IMG/VR virus record: IMGVR_UViG_3300028586_000026
Location: 1-57,813 of that record
Length of the DNA: 57,813 bases
Direction: 5' to 3' (one strand)
Origin: a virus
Lineage: Duplodnaviria; Caudoviricetes
In this document: piece by piece, positions 44,186-54,372 of the stretch
Layout: every line of letters begins with the position of its first letter
How positions within the stretch are numbered: position 1 is the first letter of the stretch
Notes under the pieces: generated by a model
Seen by the model: only the letters and a program-made list of their open reading frames with translations
Databases searched by the model: none
What the model was told of the DNA's origin: nothing
Position numbers and translations under genes: made by a program

Positions 44186-45606
44186 CGCGGCACCACCAAG
44201 AAGCCGTCGGCGAGATAGGGTCTGTCGGTCTGCTCCGTGCGCGGCAGACTGTTGGCCCAGCGCAAGAAGGCCGGCGCCATGTAGTTGTCGAAGACCTCCT
44301 GGCTCATCGTCACGCGGCGGAAGAGAGCGCCGCCCTGATCGACAAAGCCGTCTTCGCCGTCACCGAGCGCCCCAACCGAGCGCAGAAATAGCCCGTCGCC
44401 ACCATCGCCTGATTGTACCGTCCCGAGGACGGTGAGCGCCTGGATGTTGGCAGGGACAGTCGCCGCGGCCGCGGCCGCACGGCTGGGATAGGTCATCGTG
44501 TTGGGCGTGCCGACGCTCTGCTCGAGGATCTCGATCCGGGCGTCGTATCCCTTGCTCTCGATCGCGTTGACGCGCTGGACGGTGTCCTGCGTCTCCGGGG
44601 CAAGCACCGTGGCGCTGGTCACATCGTCGGCGCCGAGCACCTCGACGTCGGTGACGCCATCCGGTCCGTAGGTGAAGACCGCCGGCACGGCGAAGCGGGC
44701 ATTCGACGGGGCGTTGATCGATCCAGGCACCGACTTGCCGTCCCGGGAAAACAGCGCCTCGACGGCCTGCCTGCCGTCCACGATGCGCAAATCATCGAAC
44801 TGCCGGACGATGGTGTATCCCAGCTTGCTCCGGATGACGTTGAGCCGCTGATCCAGCCACACGATCGCGCAGGTGACGGCGTCGCCGGAGGGGTCGACGG
44901 GATCGACGCGGCGCTGGACGGCAAAGCGCGCCCGGCCGACCCGGGCGATCTCGATGGCGAAGATCTCGCGAGCGGCCAGAACGACCCCGCCCGGGAGCCG
45001 CACGATCGGGCCCTGATCCGCAGCCTGTAGCATGCTGTCCGGGATCAGTGGCAGCGCGGTTCGTGCGCCGCCGAGAGCGAGAAAGCCTTCCACGACCGTG
45101 TAGCGCAGCGGCGCATCGCCGGGTCTGCCGACCGTGCCCATGAGTTCCAGACGGCGGGCCGTGAGGATCCCGTTGAATTCGGCGGCATCCGCCTTGAGCT
45201 TGATCGCTGCCTGCGCGTCCGCAAGCGCCGTGCGTGCGGTGTCGACGAAGTCCTTGATCGCACTGACATCCGATCGGATATCGACGATGCTGTCGCTGGT
45301 CTCGCTGGCAACCCTGCCGAGATTGTTCGCCGTCTCCAGGAGCGCCTGATTGACCGATGAAGCATATGCTTGGGTCGAGGCGATGCGGTTTTGAAGAACG
45401 GTCTGGAGTTGCGCGATATTGGCGACGGCACCATTGATGCCATCTTGCAGCTGCTGGTCGCGCCCGGTTGCATATTCCGTGAGCTGGTTAAACCCCGCGG
45501 TGATATCCGCGAACTGCCCGAGCACAGCATCCACAGCATCGCACAAGGCCATGATGCTGGCATAGGTCGCGACCGGGTTGCCCGGAACGGGCCTCGGAGT
45601 TGCCAT
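44182..45606 (-). CDS. Tail fibre-like protein
   Basis: GAGG RBS; N-terminal coiled coil; GDGGDGLF motif near C-terminus. Confidence 0.65.
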   Translation of the reverse strand: MATPRPVPGNPVATYASIMALCDAVDAVLGQFADITAGFNQLTEYATGRDQQLQDGINGAVANIAQLQTVLQNRIASTQAYASSVNQALLETANNLGRVASETSDSIVDIRSDVSAIKDFVDTARTALADAQAAIKLKADAAEFNGILTARRLELMGTVGRPGDAPLRYTVVEGFLALGGARTALPLIPDSMLQAADQGPIVRLPGGVVLAAREIFAIEIARVGRARFAVQRRVDPVDPSGDAVTCAIVWLDQRLNVIRSKLGYTIVRQFDDLRIVDGRQAVEALFSRDGKSVPGSINAPSNARFAVPAVFTYGPDGVTDVEVLGADDVTSATVLAPETQDTVQRVNAIESKGYDARIEILEQSVGTPNTMTYPSRAAAAAATVPANIQALTVLGTVQSGDGGDGLFLRSVGALGDGEDGFVDQGGALFRRVTMSQEVFDNYMAPAFLRWANSLPRTEQTDRPYLADGFLVVPR

Positions 45607-45635
45607 GCTAACCTCAGTAAATGTGCGAGGGTGGT

Positions 45636-46334
45636 TCAGAACGCTTCGACGAGGTCGAGCGTCACGGTGCCGTAGCGGGAGAGCTGAAGCTCCATGGCCC
45701 CGGTATCGTCGGAGGCGAGGCGCATCTGGCAGAGTGGGCGGCCGAACTCGATCACAGCACCATCCTCGTAGTCGGAGCGGAGCCAAGGCCGGATCTGAAC
45801 GCCGATGACGCCAGGGGCGGCTTGCAGACCGAGCGTGTTGGGATCTCCGCTCGGGATCGCCGTGATCGTGTGCATCCGGCCGTAGATCGAGAGGACCATC
45901 CCGGGTTCCAGCGCGCCGCCCTTGACCCGTTCGACCGCGATGCTTGTCGCGTTCATCTCGGCAGCGCCGGAGAGCCTGAACTTCAGCACGGACGACGTGT
46001 CCTCGCCGGCCTCGAAGTCGCCGCCGTCCTTTTCGCCCCGGCCGTAGGTGATCTTCCCGCCGATCATGTCGATGTTCCAGGGCGCACGGGTGGTCTCCAC
46101 GGGCCCGACCAACCAAGGCTGCGTGCGACCCAAGGCAACGACCTGACGCATGGCCAGGGTCTGCTCGCGCCGCATGCACGGGATGGTCAGGCTCGCCTTC
46201 CATCGTGCCGTCGGCGACGCGACGATCTGCTCGTTCCCCTCGAAGGTCTGACCGCCGGAGCGGGTGCCCCCGCGCAGAGACCAATCTTCGGAAGTCGGCA
46301 CGAGGACGCTCGGCCAGGGCAGCACATCAGCCAT
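45636..46334 (-). CDS. Distal-tail-like protein
   Basis: Ends LVEAF; position in tail-tip cluster. Confidence 0.6.
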   Translation of the reverse strand: MADVLPWPSVLVPTSEDWSLRGGTRSGGQTFEGNEQIVASPTARWKASLTIPCMRREQTLAMRQVVALGRTQPWLVGPVETTRAPWNIDMIGGKITYGRGEKDGGDFEAGEDTSSVLKFRLSGAAEMNATSIAVERVKGGALEPGMVLSIYGRMHTITAIPSGDPNTLGLQAAPGVIGVQIRPWLRSDYEDGAVIEFGRPLCQMRLASDDTGAMELQLSRYGTVTLDLVEAF

Positions 46335-46341
46335 TCCGGCC

Positions 46342-47790
46342 TCAGTTGTAGGTGTCGGGCAGCAGCGGTCGCTGGCCTTCCTCGGCCGGGCTCCAGGCGT
46401 AGGCGGAGGCGTCGAGGCTGATGAGGTCGAGTTTCACGTTGGTGAGCGCGCTGCCCGCCATCGCCAGCGTGCCGCGCATGATCGCGAACGTCGTGTCGAT
46501 GCCGAACGACGGTAGCACGAGGCGGACGGTCGGCTCACCGTAGGCCGGCAGCCCGGCGGGCGAGAGCCGAAGGCCGGTGAGCCGAAACCGCGGGTTGCCC
46601 TTGGCCATGGCGATCTTGGCCAGCCGCCGGGACTGGCTGTGCGACGGTGCCCGGATGAAGCTCTTCTCGGTCTCGATCACGCCCTGAACGGCCTGAGCCG
46701 TCAGATCGTCCCATGGGTCGCCCTCGGTCGGCTGATAGTCGTGCCAGGGCGAGGTGTAGGTGTGCTTGACCCGGGTGAAGGTGTTGTACGCCTCATCACC
46801 CTCCTCGAGCTGATCCCAGCCCTGGATCATGCTCTCGTCGATGGTGAAGGTCGGCTCCTGCCAGCGGCCGCCGCGCACCGCCACCAGCCCGTCGCCGTCC
46901 TGGTAGAGCTCGCCGTCGCACGCCGCGAGCATGCGGCCGAGCACGTCAGCGCGCTGCTCGGAATAGTCGTAGCTGCCCCAGGATCGATAACGTGGCTCGA
47001 CTGTGGCTCCGTTCGAATCCGGCTCGATCAGCGCCACGGGCTGATCGCAGACGTTCGCGAGGTCGATGAAGCTCTGAAGGCTGATCTCCGAGAGATCGAG
47101 GCCGTAGCCACTCTCGTGCGTTAGGTAGTCGAGGAGCAGGATCGCGGCGTTGTCAGTGTAGGCGTAACCACCGGTCCGGGGGTCGTAGGACGGGGCACCC
47201 GCCACCAGCAGCCGGACGTCCGGCGCGCCTTCGGGGAAAATCTGGCTACCCTTCTTCAGGGGAGTGGCCACCACCACCGAGTAGCACAGCCCCTTTAGCT
47301 GCATGCTGTCGTTCCAGTATGGCAACTTGAGCAGGGAAGCGGACGCGGCCTGATCCTCAGTGCCCCCGTGCCCCTCGATCACGACCTTGCCCTGATAGAC
47401 GCTGTCGGGAACCATGCCCCCGGCCCCTGAGCCGAGGCTGGTTTTGATGTCGCCGAAGAAATACTGGAGGATGTTGACTGGCCCGACGCAATGAACCGCG
47501 CCGCGGTAGAGGATCTTCGCCTTGTCGTCGTCGGCGCTCTCGTACTCCTCCGTTTCGAGAACGAAGATCACGCCGCCGACCAGCGCTTGCCCGAGGACGC
47601 GGCGGCGCGGCGCTACGGCTTGGCGAACCGTGACCTGCGCATCGGCGCGCTTTTCCCCGCCGAACAGCGCCTGCGCGGCGTAGTTGACGCCATAGACGCC
47701 CACGCTCAGCACGGCGTAACCCACGATCAATTCTGCGGTCGCGCCGAGAGCAAGCTCTCCGATGACGGCGGCGCCGATCGCGGCCGGCAT
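46342..47790 (-). CDS. Tail tip/hub protein
   Basis: YDPRTG...NAA...DYL...G, LANVCD motifs typical of siphovirus tip proteins. Confidence 0.75.
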   Translation of the reverse strand: MPAAIGAAVIGELALGATAELIVGYAVLSVGVYGVNYAAQALFGGEKRADAQVTVRQAVAPRRRVLGQALVGGVIFVLETEEYESADDDKAKILYRGAVHCVGPVNILQYFFGDIKTSLGSGAGGMVPDSVYQGKVVIEGHGGTEDQAASASLLKLPYWNDSMQLKGLCYSVVVATPLKKGSQIFPEGAPDVRLLVAGAPSYDPRTGGYAYTDNAAILLLDYLTHESGYGLDLSEISLQSFIDLANVCDQPVALIEPDSNGATVEPRYRSWGSYDYSEQRADVLGRMLAACDGELYQDGDGLVAVRGGRWQEPTFTIDESMIQGWDQLEEGDEAYNTFTRVKHTYTSPWHDYQPTEGDPWDDLTAQAVQGVIETEKSFIRAPSHSQSRRLAKIAMAKGNPRFRLTGLRLSPAGLPAYGEPTVRLVLPSFGIDTTFAIMRGTLAMAGSALTNVKLDLISLDASAYAWSPAEEGQRPLLPDTYN

Positions 47791-48167
47791 CAAACGCTCC
47801 AGGCCACGACGGTGGGATAGTCGTTGACCGCCACGCCCTCGGGGCTCTTCACGGCCCAGCCGAGCGCACAGCGGATCGCGAACACAGGGCCAACAGCGGG
47901 ATGCTGAACCAGGCCGACGTCGCCGGGCCGGGGCGCCCCGGTCGTCTCGAAGCCGCAGCCGGCCATGAGCGAGCGCGCCATCGTCTCGAACCCGCCAAGC
48001 CGCCGGACATGCCGCACCGCGCCGCGCGCCGTGCTGTAGCGGCCGCGCAGGCTGGCTGCCGGGTCGACGCCGCGCACCTTCCGGCACCAATCCGCCATGA
48101 CGAGCGAGCAATCGCACGTGCCCCAGACGAAGGTCGCCCGCCCCATCGCGCGTAGGAACGCGCTCAA
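47790..48167 (-). CDS. NlpC/P60-like tail assembly protein
   Basis: FVWGTCDC, RGRY, PRPGDVG; TTG start overlapping upstream TGA. Confidence 0.7.
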   Translation of the reverse strand: MSAFLRAMGRATFVWGTCDCSLVMADWCRKVRGVDPAASLRGRYSTARGAVRHVRRLGGFETMARSLMAGCGFETTGAPRPGDVGLVQHPAVGPVFAIRCALGWAVKSPEGVAVNDYPTVVAWSV

Positions 48168-48748
48168 GTCTCGTCCTCCGGGATCTCTGGGTTCCACGGG
48201 CGCCTCCGGTTGATCATAGCCGCGATATCGAACAGGCCGGCATCGCCCGGGTAGCGGGCTTGCTGGTCCCGGTCGGTGAGGTTGCCGAAAGGCGGCAGGC
48301 CGCGGCGCGAGAACCGGGTCTCGGCCGTGAGCTGCGCGGTCCAGATGTCAGGCCCGCTGGCGGTATGGATCAGCCGGTCCATCACCCCGCGATAGAGAGT
48401 GTAGAGCCCGCCGAGCGGCGTCAGATCCGAGTCGTAGAGCTGCAGGTAGACGAAGCAGTCCCGGCCCTTCACCTCGGTCTTCGCGTTCACGACGTCGTTG
48501 GCAATCTCGGGCCCAACGCCTGACAGGGTGAAGGTCACCAGGGGGGCGATGCCCCCGACCGCGCTCTCGATGTCCGAGACCGAGCCGAGGCCGCCCATAC
48601 CCTGCCAGTCGAAGCCGCCGGCTCGAAGCGTCCCGTATCCGGCGTGCACCCGCTGAGGCGCGGAGGCGAAATCGAAGAAGGCCAGGATCTCGGCTGTGAT
48701 CGCATCGCCCCGGAGAGCGGCGGCGCCGGCAGCGTCGAAGATGCCCAC
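48164..48748 (-). CDS. Minor tail protein
   Basis: WQGMG.LGSVS, DQQARYPGD. Confidence 0.7.
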   Translation of the reverse strand: MGIFDAAGAAALRGDAITAEILAFFDFASAPQRVHAGYGTLRAGGFDWQGMGGLGSVSDIESAVGGIAPLVTFTLSGVGPEIANDVVNAKTEVKGRDCFVYLQLYDSDLTPLGGLYTLYRGVMDRLIHTASGPDIWTAQLTAETRFSRRGLPPFGNLTDRDQQARYPGDAGLFDIAAMINRRRPWNPEIPEDET

Positions 48749-48751
48749 GGA

Positions 48752-51052
48752 TCAGCGGCCGGTGCTGTAACGCCGGTTCGCCACCGCGGTGCGTGCCGCG
48801 AGGCTCCGGTTCAGCCCTTGGTCGTAAGCGGCGAGGCGAGCCGTGATCTGATCCGCTACGCCCACCTGTGCCCCCCGCGCGTCGATGTTGTACGAACGAC
48901 TCTGGTCGATCGACTGCGGGCCTGCGCCGGCGGCGCCGCCCATGATCGGCATGACCTTCCCGTCCGCGTTCGGGACGAACAGCTCGCGGCCCATCTCGCC
49001 GACGGTGACGGGCTGGCCGGCCGAGACTGGGCCGCCGTTCGCGCGGAAGATGCTTCCGAAGATGTCGAACAGTCCGCCAGTCGGCAGGCTCGGGCCCTGG
49101 GCGCCAGGGAGCGGGGACCCGGCAGAGGCGCCGCCGCTTTTGGTCAGCCCGCCGAACAGGTTGCCGAGGAGGCCGCCCGTCGCATTGCTCCCGAGGCTGG
49201 CGGCTGGCGCCGTACCGAGCAGCCCAGCGAGCGGCCCGGTGCCGGTGAGCAGACCCGTGAGAACGGAGCGCTCCAGCTGTTTGGTGATGTCGGTCAGCAC
49301 CGAGCCGAACGACTTGCCGTTGATGATGGCGTCGGCCAGGCCGTCGGAGGCCGACTGCGCGAAGAAGCGGGCCGCCTCGGCGCTCTGCCGCAACGCCTGC
49401 TGCGCGTTGTCGGTGGCGTCCTTGTACTTTTGCATCGCCTCGGCCGCGGCGAGCACCCTGGTGCGCTCGTCGTCGTCCAGAGCTGGATCCGTGCGGTTGC
49501 CCTTCTTGACCTCTTCCCGGGCAGCCGCCTCGGCCTTGGCCAGCGCGATCGCCTTCTCACGCTCGACGTTGGTCTTGCCGACGTTGTCGAGCTCGGCCTT
49601 CGCGGTGTCCCGGGCCTTCTCCAACTGATTGATCAGCGTCTCGATCGCGTCGAGGCTCTCGCTCTCGGACCCGCCGCCTCGACCCTTCGGCGTGTGCAGC
49701 GACGGCAGAACGGCGGACCGGTCCGGCCCCTTCGGGCGCACCTTGACGTTCAGCGGCGCCGGCGGCCCCTGCACCTCGGGGTCGATCACGCCCGTGGCGC
49801 GGCCAACTTCCTGGAGGAAGGTGATCGGGTTGCCGGCGGTGATGATCTTGCCGATGCCCGGGATCGAGCCGACCAGGTCCCGCACCTGCCCGACGACACC
49901 GCTGATGGTCTGGTAGAGGTTGACCGCGATCTGAACCACGCGGGCGATCACCGCCTCGACGCTCAGGAACGCGCTGTAGGTGTCCAGCACCGCGTTCGAG
50001 ATATCGCGCTGGATCGGCGCCAGGGCGTTCGCGAACGTGTCGGCGATGTCCTTCGCCTTGGCGTCGAGCTGATTGGCGCGCTCGACCTCGTCGGCGCCGA
50101 CGATGCGCACGCCCGCCACCGTGGTCGAGGTGCTGTTCAACGTGTCGCGCAGCTGGTTGGTGAGGTCGACGCCGCTGCGCAGCTGGCGCTCGAAGTCCGG
50201 CCCGAAGAACTTGCCGGCGAGGTCGAACGCCGCGACATCGCGCGAGCTGGCCCGGAGCTTCTCGATCAGGTCGAGCATGACCCGGATCTTGGCCTCTTGG
50301 CCGTTCGCGTTGTCGAAGGCGGCCTTGTCTCCCGCCGAGAGGTTGCCGGCCCGGACGTTCTGCTGCAGGCGGCCGTCGATCGCCGACGTGTTCGTGCCGT
50401 CCTTGCCTTCGCCGATCTTGATCTCGCTGGCGTCGCGGGCGTGCTGAAGCGCAGCGACCACCTGCTCGACCTTCAGGCCGAACTTGTCCGCGCCGAGCGT
50501 GGCGCGCTGGAAGAAATCGGTGCCGACGCCGACCTTCTCCGCATCCTTCCCGATCTGGACGTACTCGGCGATGTGCTTACGCGCCGCCTCGATCGAAGCG
50601 GACACGCTGTCGAAGACGAGCTTCGCGGCCTCGAACCCGAGGAACACCGCCAAGAGGGTGTTCAGCGAGGGGATCTGGGCCGCAACGCCGGTGATCGTGC
50701 TGGTGGTAGCCGTGAGGCCGGACCGCACCGCTGTGCCGGCCGTGGTTGAGGCGGCGGCCGCACCGGTGAAGGCGCGGACGACACCCTCCAGCGTCGCCTT
50801 GTCCGCTGTCGCGGCGTTGGCCGTGGCCGTCGAGATGTTCCGGACGTCCTGGCCCACGGCCGAGGCCGCGCGCTGGATGTTGCTCGCCAGGCCGGACAGG
50901 CTGCCGCTGAACGAGTTCGCGTTCGCCGCGCCGCCGGACATGGCGACGCCGATCGAAGTCATGTTGCCCACGATCTGCGACGCCAGCGTCGCCATCGCGC
51001 TCTGAGCGCGCGAGGTGTCCGCGGCAAACGATATGACGAGCGGTTCGGCCAA
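48752..51052 (-). CDS. Tape measure protein
   Basis: 766 aa, Ala-rich; RANGGPV...VGEMGRELFVP C-terminal motif. Confidence 0.88.
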   Translation of the reverse strand: MAEPLVISFAADTSRAQSAMATLASQIVGNMTSIGVAMSGGAANANSFSGSLSGLASNIQRAASAVGQDVRNISTATANAATADKATLEGVVRAFTGAAAASTTAGTAVRSGLTATTSTITGVAAQIPSLNTLLAVFLGFEAAKLVFDSVSASIEAARKHIAEYVQIGKDAEKVGVGTDFFQRATLGADKFGLKVEQVVAALQHARDASEIKIGEGKDGTNTSAIDGRLQQNVRAGNLSAGDKAAFDNANGQEAKIRVMLDLIEKLRASSRDVAAFDLAGKFFGPDFERQLRSGVDLTNQLRDTLNSTSTTVAGVRIVGADEVERANQLDAKAKDIADTFANALAPIQRDISNAVLDTYSAFLSVEAVIARVVQIAVNLYQTISGVVGQVRDLVGSIPGIGKIITAGNPITFLQEVGRATGVIDPEVQGPPAPLNVKVRPKGPDRSAVLPSLHTPKGRGGGSESESLDAIETLINQLEKARDTAKAELDNVGKTNVEREKAIALAKAEAAAREEVKKGNRTDPALDDDERTRVLAAAEAMQKYKDATDNAQQALRQSAEAARFFAQSASDGLADAIINGKSFGSVLTDITKQLERSVLTGLLTGTGPLAGLLGTAPAASLGSNATGGLLGNLFGGLTKSGGASAGSPLPGAQGPSLPTGGLFDIFGSIFRANGGPVSAGQPVTVGEMGRELFVPNADGKVMPIMGGAAGAGPQSIDQSRSYNIDARGAQVGVADQITARLAAYDQGLNRSLAARTAVANRRYSTGR

Positions 51053-51079
51053 GTCGGCGTTCCTGCTATCGATGAGCGG

Positions 51080-51313
51080 TCAGGCGCGGCCTGCCGCCAT
51101 CTCTTCGGCTAGCACCGCGAGGAACTCGTCCTCGCTGGTGCCCTCTTCCGGCGGGCTGTTGGCGGCGATGAAGGCCTCGATGACGACGTGCCATTCGGCC
51201 AGCGTCATCCGCTTCACCTCTTCCGGCGAGAAGCCCGCGACCGCCCCGGCTCCGATGAAGACCGAGAGGTCGCCGGGTCGGCTTGGCTCTCCCCCTCGGT
51301 CTCGGCTTTTCCC
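51080..51313 (-). CDS. Tail assembly chaperone -1 frameshift extension (gpT-like)
   Basis: Open -1 frame after the slippery site: GKSRDR...GFSPEEVKRMTLAEW. Confidence 0.7.
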   Translation of the reverse strand, partial: GKSRDRGGEPSRPGDLSVFIGAGAVAGFSPEEVKRMTLAEWHVVIEAFIAANSPPEEGTSEDEFLAVLAEEMAAGRA

Positions 51314-51633
51314 TTGGGAACGCCGTTGACCGCCGCGGCCACGATCTGACCGGCGAGTGGCAGGTACTCCATCAGCGGCTCGTTCTGGTAGCGCACCACC
51401 AGGGCCGAAGCCGCGATACCGCTCATGCCACCGCCTTCGAGGCCGAGGCGGATGGTGTCCCAGACGTCCCGGTGGCTGAACTGGTGCGTGCCGAGCCGCA
51501 TGAAGATCGCGCCGATGCCGGCGCCGCACAGCCGCTCCAGTTCGGCCATCTCGCCGAGCCGCAGCTGGAACCGGCACCCCCGGCCGGCGAACGCCGCCGT
51601 GACGAGGGTGCGGGAGGTGTCCGCCTCGCTCAT
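51214..51633 (-). CDS. Tail assembly chaperone (GTA gp10-like, gpG)
   Basis: FQLRLGEMAELE...IRLGLEGGGM. Confidence 0.8.
   Translation of the reverse strand: MSEADTSRTLVTAAFAGRGCRFQLRLGEMAELERLCGAGIGAIFMRLGTHQFSHRDVWDTIRLGLEGGGMSGIAASALVVRYQNEPLMEYLPLAGQIVAAAVNGVPKGKAETEGESQADPATSRSSSEPGRSRASRRKR
51307..51313 (-). promoter_or_regulatory. -1 ribosomal frameshift site G GGA AAA
   Basis: XXXYYYZ heptamer in the correct phase (AAG GGA AAA). Confidence 0.75.
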
Positions 51634-51845
51634 GAAGTAGGAGCCTCCACTCTCGCCGCGTCTTGAGCCGCAAGCTCCTCGCGGATCAGCTGAACCATCC
51701 ACGCAAGCTGCACTTCCGACTTCTGCATGTCCCCTTCTTCGAGGGCTGCACAGGCTCGGCGGCCGGCCATGGCGGCTTCGATGATGCGTGAGCGATCACG
51801 CTTCACGATGAGCTGAGCCTGGCGGAATGCGTCCGCCACGCTCAC
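51630..51845 (-). CDS. Hypothetical protein (71 aa)
   Basis: GTGA/ATGA overlaps between tube and chaperone genes. Confidence 0.55.
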   Translation of the reverse strand: MSVADAFRQAQLIVKRDRSRIIEAAMAGRRACAALEEGDMQKSEVQLAWMVQLIREELAAQDAARVEAPTS

Positions 51846-52285
51846 GTGCTGGCACCTGCGACCCAGGCCAGCGGGCCATCGCCGCGGAACTGCACGGTGA
51901 AGCTCACGATGCCGTTGTTGGTCTTCGTGACCTCGAAGCTCTCGACGAACACGTCGCCGACCCATTTGCCGGCGTCTGTCGCGTCCTTCGGGTCGACGCG
52001 AAACTCGTAGGGGACCGGATCGTCGCTGTCGGCATCGGCCTGGAACTCGGCCAGGTGATCGGACGCCATGGACCCGGCGAAACGGCCGCCCCACGACTTC
52101 GAGGTCTTGATGCTCTTCCGGTCCGGAATGGCCAGCGGGTTGTCGCAATCGGCGACGGTGGCATCCTCGAACGCATTGGTCTGCGTGAGGGTGATCGCGG
52201 TCGCCAAGCACACGAATTTGGCGGCGGCGCCCACGCCGCGATAGGCGCGGAATCGGTTGCCGGGGAGCAGTGCGGGCTCTGCCAT
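51842..52285 (-). CDS. Major tail tube protein
   Basis: DATVADCD.P...KS..GSM...F.GDG pattern. Confidence 0.8.
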   Translation of the reverse strand: MAEPALLPGNRFRAYRGVGAAAKFVCLATAITLTQTNAFEDATVADCDNPLAIPDRKSIKTSKSWGGRFAGSMASDHLAEFQADADSDDPVPYEFRVDPKDATDAGKWVGDVFVESFEVTKTNNGIVSFTVQFRGDGPLAWVAGAST

Positions 52286-52287
52286 GG

Positions 52288-52755
52288 TCAGTCCTCCTGT
52301 CCCGGCAGAGGCCGGGCGATGCTGGTGGTGAGATCGAAGAAGACCGACTTCGCCTGGAGCGGGTCGATCACGTCCCCGGCCTGGCCGACCACGAGGGGCG
52401 TGCGCAGGCTGTAGGGCTCGGCGAGCGGCAGATCGGGCTGCTCGAGCTGGTTGAGGGCGCGCACCATCGCATCGATGAGTAGCCAGCCCTGATCACGGTT
52501 GAAGGCGGTGGACACGGCATAGAGCCGCGCCTGGATCGTCCACGACTCGCTACAGCCGATTTCGTACCCGGTCCGCCGCATCGGTCCGAAGTAGGCGTAC
52601 GGCGGCTTCACCTTCGCCGCCGCGTCTCCAAGCGACGACGGCACCTCGTCGAAGATCTGCTTGCCGGCGATCGCCACGAAGCCCGCGTCGGCCTTCAGCA
52701 GCGTCCGGATGGCGTCCCGGAGGGCAAGCTCTGGGGTGGACGGTGCGGTCGCCAT
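52288..52755 (-). CDS. Tail terminator (DUF3168-like)
   Basis: ELALRDAI..L, IFDEVP, PYAYFG. Confidence 0.75.
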   Translation of the reverse strand: MATAPSTPELALRDAIRTLLKADAGFVAIAGKQIFDEVPSSLGDAAAKVKPPYAYFGPMRRTGYEIGCSESWTIQARLYAVSTAFNRDQGWLLIDAMVRALNQLEQPDLPLAEPYSLRTPLVVGQAGDVIDPLQAKSVFFDLTTSIARPLPGQED

Positions 52756-53333
52756 CAGAGGCCTTCCTCCCGCGCCGAGCTGCCGATGCTGGCACCGAGC
52801 TCGCTGCTCCAGTCCGAAAGCGCCTCGCGCACCGAGCCATAGAAGAAGGGCTGCCCAGGAACGTCGGTCTCGTGCGACTCGCGCACCCGCCTTCCGCCCT
52901 TGCCCGTCGTGTCCGCGAAGAAGTCGCCGTCCGCGTGCGTGCCGCCGGCATGGTGGCCGGCCTCGACCGCCAGAGCGTAATCGTAGCCACCGCGGTCCGC
53001 CCTAGCCCCGACGACGTAGAAGCCGCCCTCATGCCGGTAGCTGATCCCGTTCAGCAGCAGGCCGGAATCCTGCGGCACCCGGGAGCGCATCAGCTCGACC
53101 ATCTCCTGGGCGGCGTGCAGGGAGGCCTGGTCGCTCTTCAGCGCCAGCTTCACGGCGTATTTGGCCAGTTGGCCGGAGATGCGGTCGATCCCGATGATGC
53201 CGGAGACGGTGTCGACCAAGCGGAGGCCGGACAGCACACCTGGACGCTGGTCGAAGCCTCGAGCCGCGCCGGTCAGTTCGAGGGCGGCCTGGCCCTGCCC
53301 GAGGTATCCGAACGTGGCGCCGAGGTCGGGCAT
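52755..53333 (-). CDS. HK97 gp10-like neck protein
   Basis: VPQDSGLL..I, YA..VE.G, PGQPFF. Confidence 0.75.
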   Translation of the reverse strand: MPDLGATFGYLGQGQAALELTGAARGFDQRPGVLSGLRLVDTVSGIIGIDRISGQLAKYAVKLALKSDQASLHAAQEMVELMRSRVPQDSGLLLNGISYRHEGGFYVVGARADRGGYDYALAVEAGHHAGGTHADGDFFADTTGKGGRRVRESHETDVPGQPFFYGSVREALSDWSSELGASIGSSAREEGL

Positions 53334-53674
53334 TACGCGCCCCCGAGCGTCGAGGAGATGTTCAGCGCGATCGTGCCGGTGGATCGATCCGGCAGGGCGA
53401 CACCATCGATGTTGAAGTCGCGGCCGAGCAGCTGCACCCGGTCCCCGTTGACGATGGTGCGGGCCTGCGGGCCGTCTCGAATCGTCAGCACACCGCTCGC
53501 CACGTTCTGCGCGGCGCCGCCCTGTGCTGCCTCGCGAGCGGTGAGAGGCCGGAAGTTCGCCCAGCGGTGGAAGATCGGCGCGTAGTCGCCGACCGACACC
53601 ACCTGCCCGTCTGCATCCTTCGTGACCGTGCGGCGCATGAACTGCGCGCGCTGATCGAGCGGCCCGGCTGCCAT
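53333..53674 (-). CDS. Head closure protein
   Basis: AGPLDQR, WA, FNI motifs. Confidence 0.75.
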   Translation of the reverse strand: MAAGPLDQRAQFMRRTVTKDADGQVVSVGDYAPIFHRWANFRPLTAREAAQGGAAQNVASGVLTIRDGPQARTIVNGDRVQLLGRDFNIDGVALPDRSTGTIALNISSTLGGA

Positions 53675-53682
53675 ATCGATGC

Positions 53683-54366
53683 TCAGCTGTGGTCGGCAGC
53701 GACGCGGTAGCGCCCGGCCAACCGACCGATGCCGATGGTCAGGTTCTCTGGCAGCGCCTGCGTGCGCGGGTCGCTCTCGATCGATTCCCGCTTCTCGTAC
53801 CAGTAGCCCGCGATCATCTTGATCGCCTGCTTGAGCGGGCTCGGCACGAGGGCGGCCGACTTGGCCCCGGCAGCGAACCGGATCCGGTAGAGGCGCGGCT
53901 TGAGGGCTGGGGGAGACGTCCAACGCGCCACGTGGGCGTTCCAGTCCAGCCCGCGCCAGAACCGCTCGCGCTCCGCAAGCGCCAGCCCCGACAGGCTGAC
54001 GATCACGCCGTAATCGTCCTCGCGCACCACGGTGTAGAGCCCGGCATCGAGGTCCTCGTACTGCCCGGTCGCGAGGTCGATGCGCTCGACGCTGACGAGG
54101 TCACCATCCGCGAAGCGTCGAATCGGCAGCTCGAGCCGGGTGCCGATGGTGTCGACGTACAGCTCGAAGCTCTCCTCCAGGATGCAGTGGCCGTTCAGCC
54201 AACCCTCCGGCCCGGACAGGTAGTCGTAGGCCGCCTCGAGGAGATCGCCGATCAGCACATCCTCGTCGTCCTCGGCGACACGCTGATGCAGCTTCAGCGC
54301 GTCGATCGAGACGACCGCGAGCTTCTGCTGCTGCGTTAGAGGATCCGAGATGCGCTGCAGGTCCAC
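53683..54366 (-). CDS. Head-tail connector (gp6-like)
   Basis: LKLHQRV..DDED.LI, VPSPLKQAI...WYEKRE. Confidence 0.8.
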   Translation of the reverse strand: MDLQRISDPLTQQQKLAVVSIDALKLHQRVAEDDEDVLIGDLLEAAYDYLSGPEGWLNGHCILEESFELYVDTIGTRLELPIRRFADGDLVSVERIDLATGQYEDLDAGLYTVVREDDYGVIVSLSGLALAERERFWRGLDWNAHVARWTSPPALKPRLYRIRFAAGAKSAALVPSPLKQAIKMIAGYWYEKRESIESDPRTQALPENLTIGIGRLAGRYRVAADHS

Positions 54367-54372
54367 GGGCGC

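Noticed and set aside
40464-45606. Diversity-generating retroelement or invertible tail-fibre cassette
   Set aside because: No reverse transcriptase or invertase, and no TR/VR pair or flanking inverted repeats seen.
48644-50749. 701-aa plus-strand ORF
   Set aside because: Antisense shadow of the tape measure gene.
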